Assembly (NCBI GenBank): GCA_965217625.1
Contig: OZ244557.1
Span: 208,082-272,081 of the forward strand
Direction of reading: 5' to 3'
Source of the DNA: Dehalococcoidia bacterium
GTDB taxonomy: Bacteria; Chloroflexota; Dehalococcoidia; Bin125
Length of the DNA: 64,000 nt
Shown piece by piece: positions 29,683-38,842 of this stretch; the stretch's first letter is position 1, and every line of letters begins with the position of its first letter. The position numbers and the translations under genes are program-made. Below the pieces are notes generated by a model. That model was not told the DNA's origin and searched no databases. It saw nothing but the letters and a program-made list of their open reading frames with translations.

Positions 29683-32600
29683 CGCCAAGATTCCCTGCCA
29701 ATCGGCGCTCTTATGAACGACCTCCTGTCTACGGAGGTCGATATGCTGGTCTTCGTGGGCGACCAAATCGAATGACGCCCGTTCCCACCGAATCACTGCG
29801 GGGGATGTGGGCAGGACACGGCGCTGCGACGGAGGCAAGCCATCTTCGACCGGCTTCATGGGGCCATCGAGCGAGCCATTCAAGAACCGCTGAACGGGCG
29901 GCTGTTCGAGCGGTGCGCGGTGGATCTCTTGCGCCAGAACTACTACCCGAAGCTGCGTCCCACCCCGGACGGATACGACACCGGCATAGATGGGATCGCT
30001 GGCCCGGATGCGGATCCGGAGTTCGTCCTGGTGGCCACGGTCGCGCAGGATCCCGCGCGCAATCTGAGGGGGAGCGTCAAGCGCCACGTAGATGCCGGTG
30101 GCCCGGGCCGGACCGTCGTATTCGCCACGTCGCAAGCGATCACCGTCGCGCGGCGGCGGCGGCTGGAAGAGGAGTTGAAGGACAAATTCGGGGCTCGGCT
30201 CCTCGCAGTGCATGACTGCGGTGACTTCGTCTGGATGCTCTACGACCACCCCCAGTGGCGGAAGGATCTGCTCGGTGTCGCGGGCGCAGCAAAGGCGCTT
30301 AGTCGATTCCCCGCCAACTCGCGGCCGACGCCTGCGGTCCCCTTGATCGGGCGCGATGCAGATCTCGAGCGACTGCAAGCCGTGACCGGCGATCTCCTAG
30401 TGGTGGGTAAGCCCGGCGTCGGCAAGACGTTCCTGCTGGAACAACTGGCGTCCGAGGGCTGGGGTCTCTTCGATGCGGGATGGGCCATCGACAAGCTTGA
30501 GGACGCCGTCCGGGAGATGAAGCCGCGGCGGGTCGTGGTCGACGACGCACATTTGAAGGGGGAGGACCGCATCCCCCAAGTCGTGAGGCTGCGTCGGGAG
30601 ATGAACGTCGACTTCGACATCGTGGGCGTCTCGTGGCCGGGCCAAGCTGACACCGTGTCGGGGCAGTTGCCCGAGGCGACGCGCTTCGACGTTGAAGAGC
30701 TGGAGCGTGACCAGATCGTCGAAGTGATTGAGCAAGCGGGCATTGGGGGCCCGCCGGAATTGCAGCGCACCATCGTCGATCAGGCCCGCGGCTGCGTGGG
30801 GCTGGCGGTCACACTCGCCCGCGCCTGCGTCGCGGGCAGGGTCCATGAAGTTGCGACGGGCGAAGCGCTCGTCGACGATCTCGTCCGATGGTATGAGCGA
30901 AGGCTGGGTTCAGAGAGTCGTCACATGCTCGGAGTGCTGGCGCTCGCGGGTGACGGCGGCGTGACCCTTGGGCAGGCTCGCGAGATCCTGGGCCTCACCG
31001 TACCTCAGAGCAGCAGCCTCATCCGCGGTCTGGCTTCGGGCGGCACCATTGATGAGGTTCCGTACCGCGCGCCGCGGATGCGGGTGCAGCCCGAAGCACT
31101 GCGCTATGCGCTGGTGCGAGACGTGTTCTTCGGCGGGCTCGGATCGCTGGATGCTGCCAGTGCCATCGATGGCCTCGACCCTCCTTCGGTTGCTGCGATC
31201 CCGCTCATCGGGGCGTCGCATCGTGGCGCGGATGTTGACCGCGGGCTGTTGCAGTCGATTGTTGATTGGAGCGATAAGAGAACTGCCGTGGAATACGCAT
31301 GTCTCGGCCCGGGTGAGTTCCAGACGGCGCTTGAGCAAGCGCCGACGCACCGCACGCCAGTCGCCGAGGCCGCGCTCAAGTTTGGAATCGATACCCGACG
31401 CGCGCTCCAGGTTCTCATGGGACAGGCTGTGGGTGATGATCGCTCCGAGCACAACACGCCCGAACACCCTCTCCGCATCGTCGGTGACCACCTCGCACGG
31501 AGAGAGACGCCATTCGAGGCGAGAAGGCTCGCCGTGGAGGTTGCGGACTCGTGGTTCAAGGAGGGAGGCGACGGCGAGGTCGGGGTCCGCGTGCTGATGC
31601 ACGCCGTGCGGTTGGAGCTGCACGGTGCGGTGCAGGATCCGGGGGTCGGGGACACACTCCGGATATACCGGGGGATGGTGCCCAAGCCGTGGATCGACGA
31701 GCTCTCGCGCCTCTGGGATTCGATCCTCGACATCTTCGATCGCGAGCCCAACCTGCTTCCCGCCCCTCTCCTGGACGCATTGCATCCTTGGGTTCAACCA
31801 AACACGGTTGTCCTCGGACGGGGGCTGGACGACGAGGCTTTCGTTGAGATCCGAAGAATCGCCGCCCGCGTAGTAGCGCGGCTGGCGGAGATATTCGGAG
31901 ATCGCCCAGGTGTGCTGCGCTCCCTGAATGAGCATGTGGAGCGTGGGAATATCCCGGTCCCGATCGAGTTGCCGGACTACTTCACAGTGCTTTTCCCGAA
32001 ACGCTGGGACGGTTCTGACGACGACGACGGGCTAGACGGGTGGCAGCGTCGGGCCGACGCGGGGGTGCGGCGCTTAGCGGAACAACTGCGCAAAGAGTCT
32101 ACCGACGACATCGCGGCGTTCATCGTAGGCGCAGACTCTCAGGCCGCCACGGCCGGAATCACGTACCCGCGTCACACGCCTCATCTCGCCAGAAGGCTCG
32201 CCGCAGACTCGGACTCGCCCGAAGCGTTGCTCGCCGCCCTGGAAGCGAGCACGGCGGCCCCTGACATCCTCCTGCCGCTCCTCGACCGCGTTGCTGAACT
32301 CCAGCGTCCGGGTTGGGAAGCAACCCTCGAACGTCTGCTCGCTGAGGATCGGGCGGCTTGGGTGCCTATCCAGGTCGCACTGACCCGCCCCTGCGACAAC
32401 CGGCTCAAACAGCTGGCGATCAAGCAGACTGGACCCTGGCTCAGTCTCATTGACAACCTCGTGATCATGGACCAGATCGAGCACGCGACGCTCGCGCTCC
32501 TCTTCGACGCGCCTGACGCCAGCGTTCGGAAACAAGCAGCGACGACGATAGGAAGCGTGGATTCTGGGTGCCGGCTCGAGAGCCTGTCTCCCTCCATGCT

Positions 32601-33272
32601 CTCGCGCTGGCGACAGATCATCGTGGACAGTCCCGCAGGCGACTACTGGTTCTCCGAAATCCTCAAGCACGACGATGAACTCTGCGCCGACTGGCTCCGG
32701 GCCTGGTTCAAGCGGTACGCCCAGGGCGAGTACGCATTCCTCCCGCGAGAAGTCAGCGCGGTGATCGCCAGCTTGCCCGCGGACGTCCGGGTCACGCTCA
32801 TCGGAGACGTGCCCGCCGACGCGCCACTGTCGCTGCTGCAGGACGCAGTCCGGAGTCTCGTGTCCCATGACCTTGACGTGATGATGGCTCTCTTTGACCG
32901 ACCCGAACTTGAGTGGCTGCATAGCGTCGCATTGCGGGGTGGGCCCAGCGAGGTCTGGATGGACCGCGCGCTAGCAGCTCTGGATCGCGGGTGGGAACCA
33001 GAGCGGATCGTCTCGGCAACGGAGTTCTCCGAAGCAGCATGGTTCGGTGAGGAGAGCCAGCATTGGCAGGGAAAGATTGACTCCTTCGCAGGTTTTCGTC
33101 AGAAGATGGGGGAGCCCCTCGATGCGCGGCAGGAGCGGATCATCGCGGCGGGAGTCGCCTACTTCGAGCGACACCGCGACGAAGCCGCTAAGCGTGAACA
33201 CCGCGAGCGTGTGTTCGGTCGGGGATCGTAGCAAGCAACGATGTCGAGGCCGGACTACTACCTAGCGTCCCC
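29644..33272. mobile_element. Roughly 3.6-kb low-GC genomic island inserted next to tRNA-Ser. It is bounded by att-like direct repeats and carries one giant ORF. No integrase is present.
   Basis: GC falls to about 60% against about 72% around it. The direct repeats duplicate the tRNA 5' end and the 3' end of the neighbouring phosphohexomutase gene. Confidence 0.5.
29920..33231 (+). CDS. Large island-encoded protein (at least 1103 aa) with an N-terminal Mrr-like (PD-(D/E)xK) restriction-endonuclease-like domain, a P-loop NTPase and a helical C-terminal region of about 800 aa. It is a candidate Avs/STAND-like defence protein. The true start is probably upstream, since the frame is open from 29776.
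   Basis: Mrr_cat-like FERCAVDLLRQNYYPKL...DTGIDGI. Walker A LLVVGKPGVGKTFLLEQLA. Walker B RRVVVDDAHL. The open frame continues upstream through ...AIFDRLHGAIERAIQEPLNGRL before reaching a TGA at 29773-29775. Confidence 0.6.
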   Translation: MDLLRQNYYPKLRPTPDGYDTGIDGIAGPDADPEFVLVATVAQDPARNLRGSVKRHVDAGGPGRTVVFATSQAITVARRRRLEEELKDKFGARLLAVHDCGDFVWMLYDHPQWRKDLLGVAGAAKALSRFPANSRPTPAVPLIGRDADLERLQAVTGDLLVVGKPGVGKTFLLEQLASEGWGLFDAGWAIDKLEDAVREMKPRRVVVDDAHLKGEDRIPQVVRLRREMNVDFDIVGVSWPGQADTVSGQLPEATRFDVEELERDQIVEVIEQAGIGGPPELQRTIVDQARGCVGLAVTLARACVAGRVHEVATGEALVDDLVRWYERRLGSESRHMLGVLALAGDGGVTLGQAREILGLTVPQSSSLIRGLASGGTIDEVPYRAPRMRVQPEALRYALVRDVFFGGLGSLDAASAIDGLDPPSVAAIPLIGASHRGADVDRGLLQSIVDWSDKRTAVEYACLGPGEFQTALEQAPTHRTPVAEAALKFGIDTRRALQVLMGQAVGDDRSEHNTPEHPLRIVGDHLARRETPFEARRLAVEVADSWFKEGGDGEVGVRVLMHAVRLELHGAVQDPGVGDTLRIYRGMVPKPWIDELSRLWDSILDIFDREPNLLPAPLLDALHPWVQPNTVVLGRGLDDEAFVEIRRIAARVVARLAEIFGDRPGVLRSLNEHVERGNIPVPIELPDYFTVLFPKRWDGSDDDDGLDGWQRRADAGVRRLAEQLRKESTDDIAAFIVGADSQAATAGITYPRHTPHLARRLAADSDSPEALLAALEASTAAPDILLPLLDRVAELQRPGWEATLERLLAEDRAAWVPIQVALTRPCDNRLKQLAIKQTGPWLSLIDNLVIMDQIEHATLALLFDAPDASVRKQAATTIGSVDSGCRLESLSPSMLSRWRQIIVDSPAGDYWFSEILKHDDELCADWLRAWFKRYAQGEYAFLPREVSAVIASLPADVRVTLIGDVPADAPLSLLQDAVRSLVSHDLDVMMALFDRPELEWLHSVALRGGPSEVWMDRALAALDRGWEPERIVSATEFSEAAWFGEESQHWQGKIDSFAGFRQKMGEPLDARQERIIAAGVAYFERHRDEAAKREHRERVFGRGS

Positions 33273-33331
33273 AACCACTCGGCCACCCCTCCGCGACCGT
33301 CGCTGTTGGCCCCACCAGCCTACCCCGGCCG
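33273..33331. repeat. Right copy of the 59-bp direct repeat (attR-like). It overlaps the last 4 codons and the stop of the phosphohexomutase gene (33320-33331).
   Basis: See 29624-29682. Confidence 0.8.
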
Positions 33332-34732
33332 ACGCAGATCCGGCGGCAGCGACGCCACGCCCGACGCTCGCAGGGCCTCCGAGACCCGTTCGGCGATGAC
33401 CTTGTACGCCTCGCGGCTCTCGGCCTCCAGGCGGAGGCTGAGCACGGGCTCGGTGTTCGATGCGCGCACCAGCGCCCAGCCGCCGTCGAACTCGATGCGC
33501 GCCCCGTCGATCTCCAGCACCGGCTGCGACGCCCGGAAGCGCGCCGCGCACTCCTCGGCGATGCGGAACTTCGCGGCGTCGTCGCAGGGGATGCGCAGCT
33601 CCGGCGACGTCACGAGCGCCGGCCCCGGCCCCCCCGCCCCGGCCATCAGCGCCGACAGCGGTCGCCCCCGCGCCGACACCAGCTGCGCGATGAGGCAGGC
33701 CCCGAAGATCGCATCGTCGAAGCCGAAGTAGTCCTCGCGGAAGTAGAAGTGCGACGAGGCCTCGCCGCCCAGCAGGATGCCGGCCTCGCGCATCAGCCGC
33801 TTCGCCGGCGAGTGCCCCGTGGGGCCGAACACCGGCCGCCCGCCGTGCGCCTCAATGGCCCGGATGGTCGCCAGCGACACCTTCACGTCGACCAGCACGC
33901 GCGCCCCCGGATGGCGCGACAGCAGGTCCCAGGCCAGCAGCGACAGGATGGCGTCGGGGTCGTGGCGGCGGCCCGTTTCATCGACGACCCCCAGGCGGTC
34001 GCCGTCGCCGTCCCACGCGACGCCCATGTCGGCCCTCTGCGCGACCACCGCCGCGCGCATCCCCTCCATCGACGCCGGCAGTTGCGGGTCGGCGGGCGCG
34101 TCCGACCCCCCGGCGTCCGGCTCCAGGCGGAGCCCCACGACGTCGCAGCCCGCCCGCTCGAGCGCGGCCGGGCCGGCGATCGCCGTCACGCCGTGGCCCG
34201 CGTCGGCCACGACCCGCAGCGGCCGTCGCAGCGCGAAGCGCTCGCCCAGATAAGCGACGTACTCGGGCAGCGCGTCCCGCTCCTCGAACGCCCCCGCCCC
34301 CTGCTCGAAGTCGTCCGCCTCGATCAGTGCCCGCAGCCCCTGGATCGCCGACGCCGACAGCGGGATGCCCTCCGACTCGAGCAGCTTCAGCCCGTTGACC
34401 TCGGGCCCGCCGTGGCTGCCGGTCACGTTGCAGCCCCCGGCCATCCCCCAGCGCGCCGCCGCGAAGTACAGCAGCGGCGACGGCGACAGCCCGATCCCCA
34501 CCACGTCCACGCCCGACGCGCGCGCCCCCTCGACGAACCCCCGCAGCAGCTCCTCCGACGACGGCCGGTTGTCGCGCCCCACGACGATCGTCGCCGCCCC
34601 GCCGGCGCGCCGCAGGTGCGTCGCGTACGCCCGGCCGATCAGCCGCGCCGCGTCGGGCGTCAGCTCCGTGTCCGCGCGGCCGCGGATGTCGTAGGCGCGG
34701 AAGATGCGGGGCTCCACGGTCGTGCCGCTCAT
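33320..34732 (-). CDS. Phosphomannomutase/phosphoglucomutase (alpha-D-phosphohexomutase family)
   Basis: Active-site TGSHGGPEVNGLKL and a four-domain PGM/PMM architecture. 470 aa. Confidence 0.9.
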   Translation of the reverse strand: MSGTTVEPRIFRAYDIRGRADTELTPDAARLIGRAYATHLRRAGGAATIVVGRDNRPSSEELLRGFVEGARASGVDVVGIGLSPSPLLYFAAARWGMAGGCNVTGSHGGPEVNGLKLLESEGIPLSASAIQGLRALIEADDFEQGAGAFEERDALPEYVAYLGERFALRRPLRVVADAGHGVTAIAGPAALERAGCDVVGLRLEPDAGGSDAPADPQLPASMEGMRAAVVAQRADMGVAWDGDGDRLGVVDETGRRHDPDAILSLLAWDLLSRHPGARVLVDVKVSLATIRAIEAHGGRPVFGPTGHSPAKRLMREAGILLGGEASSHFYFREDYFGFDDAIFGACLIAQLVSARGRPLSALMAGAGGPGPALVTSPELRIPCDDAAKFRIAEECAARFRASQPVLEIDGARIEFDGGWALVRASNTEPVLSLRLEAESREAYKVIAERVSEALRASGVASLPPDLRRPG

Positions 34733-34791
34733 CTCGCCGGGCCCTCTCTAGTACACTGGGGCGGGCCAACCGATACGAAGGAGGCGTCGCC

Positions 34792-34989
34792 ATGGTGCAA
34801 GACCCGAGCGCTGCGCAGACCGAGCACGACGCCACTCCCGATCCGGTCACCCGCCGCCTCATGGCTGACGATAGCGTCCGGCGCGCTCTGGAGACCGCCA
34901 CCGCCGATGTGCTTGCGGGAGTCCGCGGCATCTCGTGGGAGGAGTTCCGGCGGCAGCACCCGGAGATGCCCGACCCGTATGCGGGCTAG
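34792..34989 (+). CDS. Small hypothetical protein (65 aa)
   Basis: The ORF lies in a genuine intergenic gap and its composition looks coding. No recognisable family. Confidence 0.25.
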   Translation: MVQDPSAAQTEHDATPDPVTRRLMADDSVRRALETATADVLAGVRGISWEEFRRQHPEMPDPYAG

Positions 34990-35211
34990 TGTCACCCTGC
35001 TCCCGACTGTCCCTCCCACGCCCATCACCTTCTACCGTAAGTACGCGCAGGGCATGCACATCCTCTATCGCATTCCGGACATGAACAGCGTCCCGGTCGA
35101 GGTCCAGATTGCCTGGTTCGTCGACGCCTAGCCGGAGAGAACTCCCTCCCGGGCGAGGCGATTCTGCGTATTGGGCTACTCGACGACGGCGAGACTGTGG
35201 TAGTCGTGGGC

Positions 35212-35463
35212 CTAGGTGAGCTTCGCGACTGCGACGGCGACGGCGGCGACGGCGACGGCGAAGCCGGCGAGCCGGAACAGGGCCGCGTAGATGTCGGCTC
35301 GCAGCGCCGCGATGTCCTCCCGCAGCGCTGCGACGTCGTCGCGCCCGGGCGCGACCGCTTCCCCGATCACTGCCGCGATCGTCTCGGCCGCGGCCGGCGG
35401 CTGATCCGCCTCGTCGCGGAGACGTTGGGCCGCCCTGAGGGTGTCGAACGCCATCGTACGCAC
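35212..35463 (-). CDS. DUF1640-family small coiled-coil protein with a C-terminal transmembrane helix
   Basis: MRTMAFDTLRAAQRLRDEADQPPAAAETIAAV... follows the DUF1640 pattern (xFDTLxxxxxLxxAG). C-terminal hydrophobic tail AGFAVAVAAVAVAVAKLT. Paralog of 50796-51287. Confidence 0.6.
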   Translation of the reverse strand: MRTMAFDTLRAAQRLRDEADQPPAAAETIAAVIGEAVAPGRDDVAALREDIAALRADIYAALFRLAGFAVAVAAVAVAVAKLT

Positions 35464-35498
35464 AGCCTACGCCACGCGCCTGACGCCCGCCTCCGCGA

Positions 35499-36929
35499 CT
35501 ACGCGCCGGCGCGGAACAGCGCGTTGGCCGACTCGGCCAGGGCCATGCGGTCGGTGACGGGCGGGCCCGCGACGGGCGGGTCCGCGTCGGGCCAGTAGCC
35601 CTCGGGCACGGTCCAGAAGCGCAGGACGCGCAGCCGTGGGTCGCCGGTCTCCGTGAGCCGCCGCCCGGCCTCGATGATCGCCTCGCCGAGCACCGTCTGC
35701 TTGAAGATCCAGTCGTTCAGCGCCCGGTGCGACGGCGCCTGCCCCGTCGCCAGCGCGCCCGGCTGCGCGACCACCGCCTCCTGGTAGTACGAGCGCAGGT
35801 CCTGCGCGACGTGGCGCAGCAGGTACGGCATCGGGTGGCCCCAGGCGACGCCGGCGCCCGCGTCGGGCACGCGGTCCAGCGCCGCGCCCTCGGCGACGGC
35901 GGCCAGCACCGCGGCCAGGGTCTCGGCGTGCGCCGGCACGTCGTCGCCGGCGACCGGGCCGCTGCCGCCCACGACGCTGCGGCCGCGGGCGCGGTGCGTC
36001 TCGCGCCACCAGGGCGCCAGGCCCTGGACCTCGGCCCGCAGCCGGCCGGCCAGCGTGTCGCTCTCGGGCGGCGCGAACGCGACGGGGCAGGCCCACGTAT
36101 CGGAGAACGACGCCGCCGGCGCGTCGATGGGGTAGTCGACGATGCCGTGCTCGCTCAGCGTCGGCAGCAGGTCGAGCGCCGCCCGCAGCACGTCGCGCTG
36201 GAAGCCGGGGTCGTCCGGCACGCCGAACGGGCGGCCCAGGTAGAACGACACCCACAGCGCCCGCGGCGGGTTCATCACCTCGCTGTGCTCGCGGATAAGC
36301 GAGATGCTGGTCGTCGCGACGCCCTCCCGCTCGATGAAGTGCGCCAGCGCACCCACGGTGCGCGTGCAGGCCGGTCAAACGGGCGCCAGCACCACGGCGT
36401 CGACGCCGTCCCGCTTGAGCAGCCGGCCCACCTCGCGCGCCGCCGGCTCGAGCCGCTCGGGCCGTGGCACGCCGCCCATGAACGAGTAGTGCCAGCGCGC
36501 CACCGCGCCGATCTCGCCCGCCGCGGCCAGCTCGCGCAGCCGCTCCAGCGGCAGCACGACGTTGGCGTCCTGCTCGAGCGCCGAGCGGTCCCAGTTCACG
36601 CTCACGTGCGAGCTGACCAGGTCGGCGAGGTCGACATCGCCGGGGATCAGGCGGTAGTCGATCGCGCCGGCGGCGAAGCGCGCGTCGTCGCGGCGGTGCA
36701 GCCCCGCCGTCGTGATCAGCGCGATGGTCGACTCGGCCAGCGGCTTGGGCGTGATCCAGTCGCCGGGCGCAATGCGGGTGGGCGGCATATCGCGCATGTG
36801 CTCGGCCTCTTCGGGGTGCAGATCGGACAGGCGGACCATGTGTGCTCCTCGCTGCCGCGGGCGCTCGGCCCGCGGCCGGTCCAGCATCGCACGCCCGGGC
36901 GGCCGGTTGTCAACCCGACCGCGTACCAT
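35499..36929 (-). CDS. Selenoprotein B homolog (glycine/sarcosine/betaine/D-proline reductase GrdB/PrdB family) with an in-frame TGA codon at 36375-36377. Predicted selenocysteine in the motif VVLAPV-U-PACTRT.
   Basis: Track ORFs 36375..36929 and 35499..36356 are in the same frame, separated only by TGA plus 6 codons. The joined sequence ...RLRELAAAGEIGAVARWHYSFMGG...GVDAVVLAPV[U]PACTRTVGALAHFIEREG aligns to the PrdB/GrdB Sec region (..GVDAVILTAG-U-GTCHR/CTRC..). A hairpin GCGCAC-cgugg-GUGCGC begins 12 nt after the UGA. Confidence 0.65.
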
Positions 36930-37088
36930 GCGTCCTCATGGGGATGAACGCCAGGCTCACTTCCGCCGCCGAGGCCTACTTCGAGGAACTTCGCCGCGTG
37001 CGCGCGTCGGGCGGCGCGACGGCGGAACGCTCCCGCTACCACAGTCGTGGAGTTCCTCACAGCCACAGTTCCGGCGGGCGAGAGAGCG

Positions 37089-37304
37089 CTAGTCCTCCTC
37101 GATCTCCCATGCGCCGAATGCAGCCACCTCGACCGAGCCCGTAGCGTCGAGACGGAAGACGTCGTCTTCGTCGGAGGAGAGGGCCCGGGCAGCCTCAATG
37201 CGCTCCTCGTCTGTGGCGTAGGGGCCGTGCAGTTCGGGCTCGACGCTTCCCCAGACATACAGTAGGTAGCGTTGCGTAACCTCGCCGTTCGCCTCTGTGG
37301 CCAT
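37089..37304 (-). CDS. Small acidic hypothetical protein (71 aa)
   Basis: Strong RBS (AAGGAG) 10 nt upstream of the ATG at 37304. Sits in a low-GC region immediately downstream of the 37322-38209 gene. The upstream extension of the track ORF is junk. Confidence 0.4.
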   Translation of the reverse strand: MATEANGEVTQRYLLYVWGSVEPELHGPYATDEERIEAARALSSDEDDVFRLDATGSVEVAAFGAWEIEED

Positions 37305-37321
37305 CCTGCTCTCCTTCCTCT

Positions 37322-38209
37322 TTACGCCGGAATCCGCTGATGCCAGCGGAACACGTCTGCGTTGGTCATGAAGCCGCACAGCTTGTCGAGGCCGCTCGCC
37401 TGGAACGTCGGACGACGGAGATTCCTCGCGAACACGCTGCGCCTCATCTCGTCGGCCACGATGGTGAACCTTGGCGGCTCTGTGAGGGACAGATGGACGT
37501 CGTTCATCCGCAACAGCCCAGAGTAGATTGGCGTCGAGTGTTCGACCTCGTACAGGCTGACTGGAGTGTTGGCGCCCCGCGCCATCCACACTACGTCGAT
37601 CTCACGCACCACGGAGTCGAGGCCCGGCGGCATCGTTGTCCGGAACGGAAACCGTGGCACAAGACTCCAGTCCATCTTCTGGCGATCGTTCGGTGGAACC
37701 CACACGTCGAGGCCCCGGGCATCGCCGATCGCACCCAGTAGCGTCTGCACTTGTGAGTGATCGAGAGCCGGCGCCTCGTCTCGGGCGTCTGCCAGTGCGC
37801 CGAGCAGCGCCTCCCAGCCGAAGTACGCCTCGACATTGTGACGTCCGGCTCGCGCGATGTAGAACTCGGTGGGTTGGCTGTCGTGGATGTAGACCTGCGC
37901 CTTGACTTGGCCGTCGGCAGCCGGTCCAGCTTCGTCGAAGAGCTCGCCGAAGTGAGCCAGCGGGAGCAGCAACGGCTCAACCTGTCCGTCCCACAGCAGC
38001 GCGATAAACGCCGTCCGCCCATCGAGTTCTCGCAAGTCCTGCTCGCGGAGACCATAGAAGGTGTTGCCCTTTTCGTAGACGCGTGAGTAGCGCACGTACA
38101 CGAGCGTCTGCCCGTCGCCGAGTTCGAACAGCGATCGACTGTTACCCAGTCGCTTCAGCTGCCCCGCTCGTTCGGAGAGCTCCCGCAGAAACGCTTCGCG
38201 TGGCTTCAT
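37322..38209 (-). CDS. Hypothetical protein (295 aa), a possible PD-(D/E)xK-type nuclease (motifs LDVWVP / EIDVVW...YEVEHS)
   Basis: Low-GC (about 60%) gene. The start is placed at MKPREAF. No confident family assignment; the nuclease-like motif is weak. Confidence 0.4.
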   Translation of the reverse strand: MKPREAFLRELSERAGQLKRLGNSRSLFELGDGQTLVYVRYSRVYEKGNTFYGLREQDLRELDGRTAFIALLWDGQVEPLLLPLAHFGELFDEAGPAADGQVKAQVYIHDSQPTEFYIARAGRHNVEAYFGWEALLGALADARDEAPALDHSQVQTLLGAIGDARGLDVWVPPNDRQKMDWSLVPRFPFRTTMPPGLDSVVREIDVVWMARGANTPVSLYEVEHSTPIYSGLLRMNDVHLSLTEPPRFTIVADEMRRSVFARNLRRPTFQASGLDKLCGFMTNADVFRWHQRIPA

Positions 38210-38536
38210 GCTCCTGACGATACCGCGAACCTGCTGCCCAGCGCACGGTCGGCAGCGCGCCGAGATTCTTGTCGACGCGGGTATCGTCAAGATTGCTGAT
38301 CAGTGCAGGCCATGCTCGAAGTGCGAGACGATTCGGTTGCGCATCTTCGGCCCCCGCTCACGGAACACCGGAAAGAGGCTCGACCGCCCCCGACCCCGCC
38401 CCGCTCCCGCGCCACCGCCCGACGCCCGTCGCATCGCGGCGATCGTCGGGCTGGTGGCGTCGGGCTGACCCCCGCCCCGGCTCCGTCGTCGCTCCCACCC
38501 CCGGGCGCGCGATAGACTTGACGAGCGGAGGACGGA

Positions 38537-38842
38537 ATGGCCGAGCAGGCTCTCAGCAGCAGCGACACGCTGGCCCTCCTACGGGCGCACAAGCCGGTGC
38601 TGGCCGAGCGTTTCGGCGTGTCCGGCCTCGCGCTGTTCGGCTCCACCGTCCGCGACGAGGCGGGGCCGGACAGCGACATCGACATCCTCGTGAGCTTCAC
38701 GCGGCCTCTCGGGTCGAAGCGGTACTTCGGCGCCTGGCACTACATCGAGGACCTGCTCGGCCGCCCGATCGACTTCGTCACGGACAGGGAATTGCGCCCG
38801 GAGCTACGGCCCTACGTTGAAGCTGAGGCGGTGCATGTCTGA
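38537..38842 (+). CDS. Minimal nucleotidyltransferase (MNT-type, antitoxin half of HEPN/MNT pairs), apparently orphaned
   Basis: GSTVRDEAGPDSDIDILV is the nucleotidyltransferase GS...D.D motif. Only a 38-codon ORF (38835-38951) overlaps its stop, and it is not convincingly HEPN. Confidence 0.75.
   Translation: MAEQALSSSDTLALLRAHKPVLAERFGVSGLALFGSTVRDEAGPDSDIDILVSFTRPLGSKRYFGAWHYIEDLLGRPIDFVTDRELRPELRPYVEAEAVHV

Noticed and set aside
29551-29775. 74-aa ORF overlapping the tRNA-Ser
   Set aside because: It overlaps the tRNA on the opposite strand. Only the final 20 codons (29714-29775) lie outside, and these are noted in findings as a possible leader mini-ORF.
33749-35131. 460-aa plus-strand ORF spanning the PGM gene antisense and the downstream intergenic region
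   Set aside because: Antisense to the strongly supported phosphohexomutase. Only the last about 25 codons (35055-35129) fall in intergenic DNA, with no RBS, so it is not called.
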